Assembly: GCA_035542415.1 (NCBI GenBank)
Contig: DATKLM010000076.1
Coordinates: forward strand, 8,036 to 72,035
DNA: 64,000 bases
Direction: 5' to 3'
Source: Spirochaetia bacterium
Lineage (GTDB): Bacteria; Spirochaetota; Spirochaetia; SZUA-6; Fen-1364
Below, piece after piece: positions 36,738 to 45,291 of the stretch (position 1 is its first letter; every line of letters starts with the position of its first letter). Position numbers and translations under genes: made by a program. The notes below the pieces were generated by a model. The model did not search any database. It was not told the DNA's origin and saw nothing but the letters and a program-made list of their open reading frames with translations.

Positions 36738-39132
36738 TTCCCTGCTCCATTCTGGCCAGCATCTCCTCCTCATTCTCGGAGAATGCCGCGCATACGACGA
36801 GCTTCGTCCACGCGGATTCGGTGGTGAGCGGACCCATGGGGATGGCGCCCTCGCGCCACAGCTCGTGAGAGCTCGCGTAGCGGGAGAAGTCCACGATCCC
36901 TTCCTGCTGGGAGGTACAGAAGAAGCGCACCCCCTTTTCCCGGCCGGCGAGGAAGGCGCGGCGAAGCGAATACGGGGAGTCCCGGAGGTTCGCGGTTCCT
37001 GTGTCGTAGAGTTCGAGCACGAAGTTCTTCACGCCCCGATCCATGAGGTTTACGAGGTGGTCCCCCCTCATGCCCGGGTACACGCGGATGATGAGCGTGG
37101 AATTGATGGCGGATTCGAAGCGCGCCTGCAGCTCCTGGCGGTCACCCGCCAGCGGGAGGTCCTCGAACAGGGGGGGCGCCGAGTGACACGGCTTGGAAAG
37201 GTTCCAGTTGCGAAAACCGTCCGATGCCATGCGCTCGAACTTGAGGTTCACGGGGGAAAAAACCTTTCCGGCGAACACGACGTACACCCCGGGCGCTTCT
37301 TCCGCTGCCGCCTGAACCGCGCGGCGCAGGGTGGGGATGGCATCGCTTCCCGGCTTCCCGGGCATGGACAGGGACGCCGTCAGCACGACGGGTACCGGCG
37401 GCTTCGGGAAGAGCCAGAACAGAAGCGAGGCCGTGTACGCGAGGGTGTCGGTGCCGTGCGTGACGACGATCCCGGCCGCTCGCCCGCCGCGCAGGTGCTC
37501 GTCGATACCGGCAGCCAGTCTCGCCCAGTCCGCGGGCGTGATCTCCTCACTGAGGATCCGGCCGACTTCTCCCTCCTCGAAGGCGATCCGACGATCGAAC
37601 GTGCCTTCGGCCTCGAGCTGCCGCATGATCTCCGAGGGATCCCCGGCAACCACGTCCCCCTGCGCGGATTCCTTTCCGACGATCGCGCCGCCCAGGGACA
37701 GGATCTGGATCACGGAAACAGCGAGCTTCCTGCCCACCAGGGACTGCACAAGCGACGGATCCGCGCGACCCGAGGTCTCCCGCATGATCTCCCCGATGAG
37801 GAACGTAACCAGGCGGCGGTCTCCTCCACGGATGGAAGCGACGATTCCGGCGTTGGCCTGCATGACTTTCTCGATGGAACGTTCCAGGACAGCGGGGTCG
37901 GTGATCTGCTCCCAGTCTTTTTCACGGATGATCGCAAGCGGATCCTTGTTCTCTGCGAAAACCCTCTCCAATACTGCCTTGGCGATCTTGCCGTGGATCC
38001 GGCGGGAGGACAGAAGACCCAGGAGCTCGGCAAACCGGGCCGCGCTCAGCGGGCTTTGGGCAAGCGATACGGAGGCCCTGTTGAGGTGCTTCTTCACGTC
38101 CGCGGCGAGCCAGAGCGCCGCGCTCTGCGGATCAGCACCCAGCCGAACCGCCTCCTCGAAATAGTCCGCCGTTGCCTTCTCCTCGCAGATGAAGTCAGCC
38201 TGGTCCTCCGAAAGGGAAAACCTCTCCATGAGCCGCCTGCGGCGCGCCTGGGGCAGCTCCACGAGTGAGGCTTCCACGCCGTCGAGAAAGGCCTTGCCGG
38301 GGACGAAGGGGGGCAGGTCAGGCTCGGGGAAGTAGCGGTAGTCCGACGAGGATTCCTTGGTGCGCATCCCCTCGGTGACGTCTCGGTTCTCGTTCCAGAG
38401 GCGCGTCTCCTGCGTGACGCTTCCTCCCCGCTCGAGGATCTCGGTCTGGCGCTCGATCTCGTACGTAATCGCCTTCCGGACGAACTTGAAGGAGTTGAGG
38501 TTCTTCACCTCGACCTTGCTCCCCAGCCCCTTCCCCTCGGGATTGACCGAGACGTTCGCGTCGCAGCGAAGCGACCCTTCCTCCATGTTGCCGTCGCAGA
38601 CACCGAGGTAGCGCACCATCCGGCGGAGCTCCTGGAGGAATACTTCCGCTTCCTCTCCGACCTCCATATCGGGCTGCGTCACGATCTCCAGCAGGGGTGT
38701 TCCTGTTCTATTGAAATCCAGCAGCGTAACGTCGCCGGCATGGATCATTTTGCCGGCGTCCTCTTCCAGGTGGACCTCCCGGATCCGGACGCGCTTTTTC
38801 CTCTTCCGGATCTCGATTTCCACCCATCCGTCGGTTCCCAGCGGGGAACGGAACTGCGAGATCTGGTAGTTCTTGGGAAGGTCGGGGTAGAAGTAGTTCT
38901 TCCTTTCGAAAAGTGTGGACGCGGCGAGCGCGCAGTTCAAGGCCCGGGCCACAAGGTATCCCATGCGGATGGCTTCCCCGTTCAGAGCAGGAAGCACCCC
39001 CGGATATCCCATGCAGACGGGGCATACGTTCGTGTTCGGTTCGTCGCCGAAGGCTGCCCGGCAGCCGCAGAAGACCTTGGAGCGCGTCAGGAGCTGCGTG
39101 TGGACTTCAAGCCCCAGGTATGATGCGTACAC
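36718..39132 (-). CDS. gatB: GatB (Asp/Glu-tRNA amidotransferase subunit B) fused to a C-terminal type I asparaginase / GatD-like domain
   Basis: 804 aa, GTG start. Residues 1 to about 478 are full GatB (GLEVHTQL...CPVCMGYPG...YFPEPDLPP...YqeY-like tail). Residues from about 480 align to asparaginase (ILSLGGAIVG, THGTDTLAYTASLL, VVLTAS, SDA, LKFERMASDGF). Confidence 0.85.
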   Translation of the reverse strand: MYASYLGLEVHTQLLTRSKVFCGCRAAFGDEPNTNVCPVCMGYPGVLPALNGEAIRMGYLVARALNCALAASTLFERKNYFYPDLPKNYQISQFRSPLGTDGWVEIEIRKRKKRVRIREVHLEEDAGKMIHAGDVTLLDFNRTGTPLLEIVTQPDMEVGEEAEVFLQELRRMVRYLGVCDGNMEEGSLRCDANVSVNPEGKGLGSKVEVKNLNSFKFVRKAITYEIERQTEILERGGSVTQETRLWNENRDVTEGMRTKESSSDYRYFPEPDLPPFVPGKAFLDGVEASLVELPQARRRRLMERFSLSEDQADFICEEKATADYFEEAVRLGADPQSAALWLAADVKKHLNRASVSLAQSPLSAARFAELLGLLSSRRIHGKIAKAVLERVFAENKDPLAIIREKDWEQITDPAVLERSIEKVMQANAGIVASIRGGDRRLVTFLIGEIMRETSGRADPSLVQSLVGRKLAVSVIQILSLGGAIVGKESAQGDVVAGDPSEIMRQLEAEGTFDRRIAFEEGEVGRILSEEITPADWARLAAGIDEHLRGGRAAGIVVTHGTDTLAYTASLLFWLFPKPPVPVVLTASLSMPGKPGSDAIPTLRRAVQAAAEEAPGVYVVFAGKVFSPVNLKFERMASDGFRNWNLSKPCHSAPPLFEDLPLAGDRQELQARFESAINSTLIIRVYPGMRGDHLVNLMDRGVKNFVLELYDTGTANLRDSPYSLRRAFLAGREKGVRFFCTSQQEGIVDFSRYASSHELWREGAIPMGPLTTESAWTKLVVCAAFSENEEEMLARMEQGNADACL

Positions 39133-39135
39133 GCC

Positions 39136-40560
39136 TCAGCTCCATCCCGCCGGGTACCCCGGAGCGTCCGGGGACGGGAAGACCTCTTCCACCTGCCGGC
39201 ACGCGGACAGCAGGAGGTCTTCCGCGAAGGGCGGGGCGAGGAACTGCATGCCGATGGGGAGACCGTTTTCCACGCTCGCGGGGAACGACATTGCCGGCAG
39301 CCCGGCCAGGTTCGCCGAGCAGGTGAAGATGTCCGCGAGCTTCTGGGAGAACGGATCGGAATCCGCGCTCCCGCGGGCGAAAGGCGGGACAGGATAGACC
39401 GGCATGAGAACGAGATCCGCGCCGGCGAACGCCTTTTCGAAATCCATGCGGATGGCCGTGCGGATCTTCTGGGCCCTCATGTAGTACTCGTCCTGGAAAC
39501 CGGAGCGCAGGACATACGTACCCAGGAGGATGCGCAGTTTCACCTCGTCTCCAAAGCCCTCGTTCCGTGAGGCAAGCGTCATCTGCTCGGGGTTGTCCGA
39601 GCTTGCCGTTCGATGGCCGTACCGCACGCCGTCGAACCGCGCGAGGTTCGCGCTGGCCTCCGCCGTGGCGATGACGTAGTAGGAGGAGACGACGTGTTCG
39701 AAGGTCGGAAAGCTGACTTCCTCCAGCGTGTGGCCCAGGTCGCGGAGCATTGAGCGCGTCTTTTCGAACGCCTTCGTCACGTCCTCATGCATCGGCACCG
39801 TGGCGCACTCCCGCGGAACGTGGATGCGCAGGCGCCCGTCCTTGCGGGGCTGCGGCTGCCAGGGAAGTGAGGAATGGTCGAGGGGGTCCTGCCCCCGCAT
39901 GACCTCGAACGCCTGCGAAGCGGTGTCCACCGTCTTTGACACGATCCCGATCACCTCGAGAGAAGAGGCGTACGCGACGAGGCCGAACCGGGACACGGAG
40001 CCCCATGTCGGTTTCAGCCCGTACACGCCGCAGAACGCCGCGGGCTGCCTGATGGAGCCGCCGGTGTCGCTGCCCAGGGCAAACGGAACAATGCCTGCGG
40101 CAACCGCCGCTGCCGAACCTCCCGAGGATCCTCCGGGAACCCTGCGCGGGTCCCAGGGGTTCTTCGTCTCTCGCAGCGCCGAGTTCTCGGTGGATGAGCC
40201 CATGCCGAACTCGTCAAGGTTCGTCTTTCCCGCTACCACGGCGCCGGCCTTCTGGAGCCTTTCCACCGCGGTTGCGGTATAGGGAGACACGAAGTCTCGG
40301 AGCATGCGGGAGCCGCAGGTCAGGCGGAACCGGCGAACGGCTATGTTGTCCTTGACGCCGAAGGGAGTGCCCGCAAGAGGGCCGGAGTCGCTGGATCCGT
40401 CCTGGCCGAGCTCGGGATCCAGCTGGAGAAAACAGCCCAGCTCCGCGTCACGCGCTTCCGCGAAGGTCTTCCATTTCCCGCGCCCCGGGCCTGTTGAGGC
40501 GAGCCCGCGCCATTCTAGTGCCCCTGAAGCCCTGCCGGGCTGCGCCGCGTGACGCTTCAA
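39136..40560 (-). CDS. gatA: Asp/Glu-tRNA amidotransferase subunit A (amidase)
   Basis: Amidase signature GGSSGGSAAAVAAG...GSDTGGSIRQPA and FGVKDNI. The TTG start overlaps the gatC stop (TTGA). The N-terminal helical region is shorter than in typical GatA. Confidence 0.85.
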   Translation of the reverse strand: MKRHAAQPGRASGALEWRGLASTGPGRGKWKTFAEARDAELGCFLQLDPELGQDGSSDSGPLAGTPFGVKDNIAVRRFRLTCGSRMLRDFVSPYTATAVERLQKAGAVVAGKTNLDEFGMGSSTENSALRETKNPWDPRRVPGGSSGGSAAAVAAGIVPFALGSDTGGSIRQPAAFCGVYGLKPTWGSVSRFGLVAYASSLEVIGIVSKTVDTASQAFEVMRGQDPLDHSSLPWQPQPRKDGRLRIHVPRECATVPMHEDVTKAFEKTRSMLRDLGHTLEEVSFPTFEHVVSSYYVIATAEASANLARFDGVRYGHRTASSDNPEQMTLASRNEGFGDEVKLRILLGTYVLRSGFQDEYYMRAQKIRTAIRMDFEKAFAGADLVLMPVYPVPPFARGSADSDPFSQKLADIFTCSANLAGLPAMSFPASVENGLPIGMQFLAPPFAEDLLLSACRQVEEVFPSPDAPGYPAGWS

Positions 40561-40832
40561 AGGACGTTGGGCACGACGATGAAACGCTCCTCCCGCTGGG
40601 GAGCATTGGCGAGGAGCGCATCGGCTTGCGAGGCTTCATTATGGTCCGCACGGACCCTGTTCTCGCGCAGCAGGGCGTGCGTCGTGGGCGCGAGGCCGTC
40701 CACGTCGATTTCCTTCATATGAGAGAAATAGCGGAGCATCTGTTCCACGGCCTTCCCGAGCTTCTCCAGATCCCGGGGAGTCAGGGTCAGCCGGGCCATG
40801 CGCGCGGTGGCGTCAAGCTCCATTGCGTCCAT
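40557..40832 (-). CDS. gatC: Asp/Glu-tRNA amidotransferase subunit C
   Basis: 91 aa. ARLTLTPRDLEKL...MLRYFSHMKEIDVDGLAPT...LRENRVRAD is a typical GatC. Confidence 0.85.
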   Translation of the reverse strand: MDAMELDATARMARLTLTPRDLEKLGKAVEQMLRYFSHMKEIDVDGLAPTTHALLRENRVRADHNEASQADALLANAPQREERFIVVPNVL

Positions 40833-40838
40833 GCCGGT

Positions 40839-40867
40839 AGTTAACCCGGCACCTCATCCAGTGTCAA
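40839..40867 (-). promoter_or_regulatory. Possible gatCAB-aspS promoter (TTGACA-N17-TTAACT) ending 6 nt before the gatC ATG
   Basis: Perfect -35, weak -10, no SD before the ATG. Confidence 0.3.
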
Positions 40868-41033
40868 GAACGGCAGGAAACTCCACGCGGCGGCGAAACT
40901 TGACGATGCATGCCCACTAATCGTAAATTCGTGACAGCGCCCCCCCGCTTCTCACTTTGGAGAACTCACCGCGACGACGCCGCTGGTGGAATACCGCGCC
41001 GCCCGCTTTTCCATACTGCGGCGAAGATTACGT

Positions 41034-41061
41034 TTGACGCTGGGTGAGGGCATGGTACAAT
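41034..41061 (+). promoter_or_regulatory. Predicted promoter with extended -10 (TTGACG-N16-TGgTACAAT)
   Basis: Read directly. A GAGG SD and the GTG start at 41088 follow. Confidence 0.45.
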
Positions 41062-41087
41062 ACGTCCTCGAAGAGCGAGGAATGTGA

Positions 41088-42509
41088 GTGGCAAAAAAGG
41101 ACTTCCCGAAGATTCATTTCTACGATCAGGATCTCGTTGCTCTCTATGACGAGACGTGGCTCCTGATCAAGGACTTCTGGAAGAAGGGCACGTCGGCCAA
41201 CGGCTTTCACAGCAGGTTCTTCAACCACCCCGCAAGCACGCGCATCAACCAGTTTGACGCATGCTTCTCCTCTTTTTTCCTCGTGTACTCCAACAGGATC
41301 TACCCCGTGCTGTCCGCGCTGGACAACTTCTACGGCAAGCAGGAGGAAAACGGCGCCATCCGCGGCGAGTACCGGGAAGCAGACGGGAGGCCGGCCCACG
41401 CCAAGGACAACCCGAGGGGAGTTCTCCCGCCGCTGTTCGCGTGGGCGGAATACAACATCTACCACAAGCTCGGAGTCAAGAAGCGCATCCGGGAAGTCCT
41501 GCCCGTGCTGGAGAAGTACTACCGCTGGATAGAATCCACCTTCCGCCGGGAGAATGGCCTGTACTCCGTCCCCCTGTCCGCCACCATGATGGAAAACTCT
41601 CCGCGGGACGGCATGGAGTACCCCATCGACTTCAACTCCCAGATGGCGCTCTCCGCGCTGTACATGGCGGAGCTCGCCGACATCATCAACGACAAGGAAA
41701 CGAACTACGCGTACAAGAAGGCCTACTTCTCGCTGAAGACCAAGATCAGCTCTCTCATGTGGGACGAGAAGGATGGCTTCTACTACGACCTCGACGCCTC
41801 CGAAAAGCGCCTGAAGGTGAAAACCATCGCTTCGTTCTGGCCTCTCATCGCGGAGATCCCCAACGAGGCCCGGGGAGAAAGGCTCATCGAGCACCTCGTG
41901 GATCCGCACGAGTTCGGCATTGAGAACCCCTTCCCCACGCTCGCCGTCAAGGACAAGAGGTTCGATCCCATGGGCATGGGTTTCCGCGGCTCCGTGTACC
42001 CGCCGTTCAACTACATGGTGATCAAGGGGCTGGAGAAGTACAAGCGCAACGACCTCGCGCGGGAGTTCGCCATCCGTCATCTCTACCACGTGCTGGACGG
42101 CCTGTATACCGGCAACGGGAAGAAAGGCTCGCTGTACGAGGCGTATGCCCCCCACACGGAGGGGCCGGCCCGGTGGCCGGGAAAAAAGAGCTTCCCCCGC
42201 ACGATGTACGTGCCATACACCGCCCTTACGACAGTGTCGCTGATGCTGGAGAACATCATCGGCCTGGACATCTCGCTTCCCCGCAAGACGGTGGACTGGA
42301 CCATCCCCACGCTGGAGCTCATGGGCATCAAGGACCTGGCGCTGAAAAGGAATCTCATCTCGATCCTCAGCGCGAAGAGCAGCCGGGGCTGGGAAGTGCA
42401 CCTGGAAAGCGAGAAGCTGTACTATCTCACGATCGACCTTTTCGGAGCGCGCAGCAAGACGCTTCCCATTCCGTCGGGAAAGTGCTCGATTCTTGTAGAC
42501 AAGTTGTAG
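41088..42509 (+). CDS. Glycoside hydrolase, (alpha/alpha)6-barrel, GH63/GH37-like (trehalase / MGH1-like family)
   Basis: 473 aa. PPLFAWAEYNIY, ENSPRDG, FYYDLD, SFWPLIA, FRGSVYPPFNYMVIKGL and LYEAY resemble the GH63/trehalase-type catalytic barrel (from memory). Confidence 0.6.
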   Translation: MAKKDFPKIHFYDQDLVALYDETWLLIKDFWKKGTSANGFHSRFFNHPASTRINQFDACFSSFFLVYSNRIYPVLSALDNFYGKQEENGAIRGEYREADGRPAHAKDNPRGVLPPLFAWAEYNIYHKLGVKKRIREVLPVLEKYYRWIESTFRRENGLYSVPLSATMMENSPRDGMEYPIDFNSQMALSALYMAELADIINDKETNYAYKKAYFSLKTKISSLMWDEKDGFYYDLDASEKRLKVKTIASFWPLIAEIPNEARGERLIEHLVDPHEFGIENPFPTLAVKDKRFDPMGMGFRGSVYPPFNYMVIKGLEKYKRNDLAREFAIRHLYHVLDGLYTGNGKKGSLYEAYAPHTEGPARWPGKKSFPRTMYVPYTALTTVSLMLENIIGLDISLPRKTVDWTIPTLELMGIKDLALKRNLISILSAKSSRGWEVHLESEKLYYLTIDLFGARSKTLPIPSGKCSILVDKL

Positions 42510-42537
42510 AGAGCCGCGCGGCCGCCCGGTACGCCGT

Positions 42538-43125
42538 CTAGTACGCGCTCCTGCCTTTGAAGGAGCGCACGAGAGTTTGCTTGTCCGCGAACTCGAGGTC
42601 TCCCCCCACGGGGAGGCCGAACGCAATCCGGGAGACCTTCACCCCGGCGTCCTTGAGAAGCTTCACCAGGTAGAGGGCTGTCGTCTCGCCTTCAACCGTG
42701 GGATTCGTGGCAAGAATGACTTCCTGCACGCTTCCCTTCCTGACTCTTTCCACAAGCGCGTCAATACGCAGGTTCGACGGCCCTACTCCCTCCATGGGAG
42801 ACAGCGCCCCACCGAGGACATGATAGAGGCCCCGGTGCTCGCGGATCGACTCGAGGGTCAGAACGTCCCGCGGCTCCTCCACGACGCAGATCGAGGACCG
42901 GTCCCGCGAGGGATCAGTGCAGATGGAGCAGGGGTCGACGTCGGTGTACGTTCCGCAGACGCCGCAGGGGAGGATCGTCTGGCGCAGCGTTCCCAGGTCC
43001 TCCGCAAGGGACCGCACAAGGGTCTCATCAGCGCGCAGGAGGTAGTAGGCGATGCGGGAGGCGCTCTTCTTTCCCAGCCCGGGCAGCCGTGCGAGGTTTG
43101 CGATCAGCCTCTCCAGGGCGTTCAT
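42538..43125 (-). CDS. recR: Recombination protein RecR
   Basis: LPGLGKKSASRIAYYLL HhH, CGVCGTYTDVDPCSIC zinc finger and a Toprim region (EVILATNPTVEGETTA). Confidence 0.95.
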   Translation of the reverse strand: MNALERLIANLARLPGLGKKSASRIAYYLLRADETLVRSLAEDLGTLRQTILPCGVCGTYTDVDPCSICTDPSRDRSSICVVEEPRDVLTLESIREHRGLYHVLGGALSPMEGVGPSNLRIDALVERVRKGSVQEVILATNPTVEGETTALYLVKLLKDAGVKVSRIAFGLPVGGDLEFADKQTLVRSFKGRSAY

Positions 43126-43128
43126 CGC

Positions 43129-43461
43129 CTAGAATCCAAGGAATCCGGGAGGCAGGCCCAGAAGCCCGGTGACCTGCGATACTTCGTCACGGATCTTTTC
43201 CTTCAGCCGATCCAGGGCGTCGCTCATGGCGGCCTGGACGAGGTCCTGGAGCATGGCGATGTCGCGGGGGTCGACGGCCTCGGGCGTGATCGTGACCTTC
43301 TCCACCTGCATCTGGCCGTTGAGCTCGACCGTCACGAGGCCGCCGCCGGCGGAGCCCGTGGCTTTCACGGTCCGCAGCTTCGCCTGAACCTCGCCCATCC
43401 GGGACTGGAGCCCCTGCAGCTGCTTGAACAGATCAAACGGATTCGTCCCCATGTCCTTCAC
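43129..43461 (-). CDS. ybaB: Nucleoid-associated protein YbaB/EbfC
   Basis: 110 aa. LQSRMGEVQAKL...GGGLVTVELNGQMQV...ITPEAVDP.DIAMLQDLV is typical. The start may be the second ATG at 43452. Confidence 0.9.
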   Translation of the reverse strand: MKDMGTNPFDLFKQLQGLQSRMGEVQAKLRTVKATGSAGGGLVTVELNGQMQVEKVTITPEAVDPRDIAMLQDLVQAAMSDALDRLKEKIRDEVSQVTGLLGLPPGFLGF

Positions 43462-44998
43462 CTTTCACGACCTCGCCGCGGAAGACTTTCCTCAGAAGCT
43501 CGACTCTCTGATCCACCTTCACCGGCTCCTGGCGCGCCTCCCGGAACTCGAGCTTGATCCGCACCGCGCTGGAGAGCAGAGCGGAAAAACGGGAGGACAG
43601 CATGTCTTTGTCTTTGAGGACGACCTCCCCCTGGAAACGGTCCCGGGCGAAAAACGCCAGGACGACTTCGTCCCCTTCGAGTGTCACCGAGGCCACGTGC
43701 TCCAGGGCTGACGCCAGGGCGGGCTTCTCCCGGCGCAGGGAGTCCGCGATCATCCGCGCCGCGTGCTGCACGTCGGGTTTCTTCTCAGGGGAAGCAGAGG
43801 AGGCAGCGGCGCCGGCGGAAGCTGGGGATGCCGCTGCAAGCCGCGCCCCGGGAGCTGCCAGCACCTCCCCGCGGATTTCCTGCAACGCCTCGCGGATGTC
43901 GGAGGCGCTGATCAGGGAGTCCAGCTGGGACAGCCGGGACAGGGTGAGCTCAAGCTCGAAGCGCTGGTTGAGGGAGAAACGGATATTGCGGTACAGGGAG
44001 AGGAGAAGCTCGATGGCCCGTTCCAGCTGCGGCAGGGACAGGGTTTCCAGGACAGAGGAGTCGAAATCCTCCGGCGCATATCCCAGCAGCGTGTCCTTCG
44101 AGATCCCGCTTTTCAGGAACAGGAGGTTGCGGAAATACTCGGCGAGGTCCGCGACAAGCTGCTCGATCGAGACTCCGGTAGCCAGGATGGCGTCTGCCCG
44201 TTCCAGCACGGCGGCGACGTTCCCCCCGCGCAGCAGCTTCACGAAGTCGTTGAGCTCTTCGATTCCCAGGACGCCGAGCTTTTCACGGATCCGCTCCAGA
44301 GTGATGGACCCGGGCGAGAAGGAAACCACCTGGTCGAGCAGGGTGTACGCGTCACGGAGAGAGCCCGTGGCCTCCTTCGCGATCCAGATCAGGGCCCGCT
44401 CCTCCGCCTGCACGCCGAGCTCCTGCGAGGCCTCCCGGAGCTTGGCCTTGATCTCTGCCGTCGAGATGAGACGGAAGTTGTACTGCTGGCAGCGGGAGCG
44501 GATGGTCGCGGGAACCTTGTGCGCCTCCGTCGTGGCGAAGACGAACACGATGTACGGAGGAGGCTCCTCGATGGTCTTCAGCAGGGCGTTGAACGCGCTG
44601 TTGGAAAGCATGTGGACTTCGTCGATGATATAGATCTTGTAGCGGCCGGCATTGGGCGCGAAGAGGACCTCGTCGCGGATCTCCCGCACGTCGTTGACGC
44701 TCGTGTTGGAGGCGCCATCGATCTCGATGACGTCCAGCGACGACCCCCGCGCGATCTCCTGGCAGCTCGCGCAGGTCCCGCAGGGCGTGTCCGTCGGCCC
44801 TTTTTCACAGTTCAGGGCCCGGGCGAGAATCCTGGCAACGGACGTCTTGCCCACTCCGCGCGGTCCGGCGAAGAGGTACGCGTGCGCGATCCTGCCCTGG
44901 CGGATGGAGCTGGCCAGCGTGGCGGAGACGAACTCCTGACCGACCAGCTGCGCGAAGCTCTGGGGCCTTTTGCGAGTTGCCGTGACCTCGTACGCCAT
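43433..44998 (-). CDS. dnaX: DNA polymerase III subunit gamma/tau
   Basis: RKRPQSF..LVGQEFV..HAYLFAGPRGVGKTS...CGTCASC...IIDEVHMLS...TTEAHKVPATIRSRCQ. Confidence 0.95.
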   Translation of the reverse strand: MAYEVTATRKRPQSFAQLVGQEFVSATLASSIRQGRIAHAYLFAGPRGVGKTSVARILARALNCEKGPTDTPCGTCASCQEIARGSSLDVIEIDGASNTSVNDVREIRDEVLFAPNAGRYKIYIIDEVHMLSNSAFNALLKTIEEPPPYIVFVFATTEAHKVPATIRSRCQQYNFRLISTAEIKAKLREASQELGVQAEERALIWIAKEATGSLRDAYTLLDQVVSFSPGSITLERIREKLGVLGIEELNDFVKLLRGGNVAAVLERADAILATGVSIEQLVADLAEYFRNLLFLKSGISKDTLLGYAPEDFDSSVLETLSLPQLERAIELLLSLYRNIRFSLNQRFELELTLSRLSQLDSLISASDIREALQEIRGEVLAAPGARLAAASPASAGAAASSASPEKKPDVQHAARMIADSLRREKPALASALEHVASVTLEGDEVVLAFFARDRFQGEVVLKDKDMLSSRFSALLSSAVRIKLEFREARQEPVKVDQRVELLRKVFRGEVVKGEGHGDESV

Positions 44999-45025
44999 AT
45001 ACCTGCGGCCTCCGCGCCGGCATCG

Positions 45026-45041
45026 CTGACGCCGGCGTCAG
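45026..45041. repeat. Perfect 16-bp palindrome CTGACGCCGGCGTCAG in the dnaX leader
   Basis: Self-complementary as read, 28 nt upstream of the dnaX ATG and downstream of the SRP RNA. Confidence 0.6.
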
Positions 45042-45065
45042 AAAGAGGAAATCCCTCTTGGTGGG

Positions 45066-45203
45066 AAAAAGCAACCCCTTCGGCTCCATCCAAGCCTGTT
45101 ACGGCTCATGAGCACGCTGCGTACCGCTGCTCCCTTCCGGGCCTGACGGGGTTCCGCAGCAGCTCATAGCGTATGACCTGGATATCAACGCCGAAGGGGT
45201 TGT
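45066..45203 (-). ncRNA. ffs: Signal recognition particle RNA (small bacterial 4.5S-type)
   Basis: The minus strand contains the conserved domain IV GUCAGGCCCGGAAGGGAGCAGC (45126-45147). It is flanked by helix AUGAGCUGCUGCG/CGCAGCGUGCUCAU and closed by a 13-bp terminal helix CAACCCCUUCGGC(45190-45202)/GCCGAAGGGGUUG(45072-45084), ending in U5. The position upstream of dnaX is classic synteny. Confidence 0.85.
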
Positions 45204-45204
45204 A

Positions 45205-45291
45205 CGGAGAGAGTGGGATTCGAACCCACGGTACCCTTGCGAGTACACACGCCTTCCAAGCGTGCACCTTAGACCGCTCGGTCATCTCTCC
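45205..45291 (-). tRNA. tRNA-Ser (anticodon GGA)
   Basis: Cloverleaf read by eye: acceptor GGAGAGA/UCUCUCC, anticodon stem CACGC/GCGUG, loop UUGGAAG, long variable arm, T-loop GGUUCGAAUCC. No encoded CCA. Confidence 0.9.

Noticed and set aside
43433-44998. A programmed -1 frameshift / slippery site in dnaX producing gamma.
   Set aside because: The only A-run in the coding strand (GAA AAA GGG near 44800) lies at about codon 65, far upstream of the domain III/IV boundary where gamma-producing signals occur. No A AAA AAG-type heptamer with a downstream hairpin was seen in the appropriate region.
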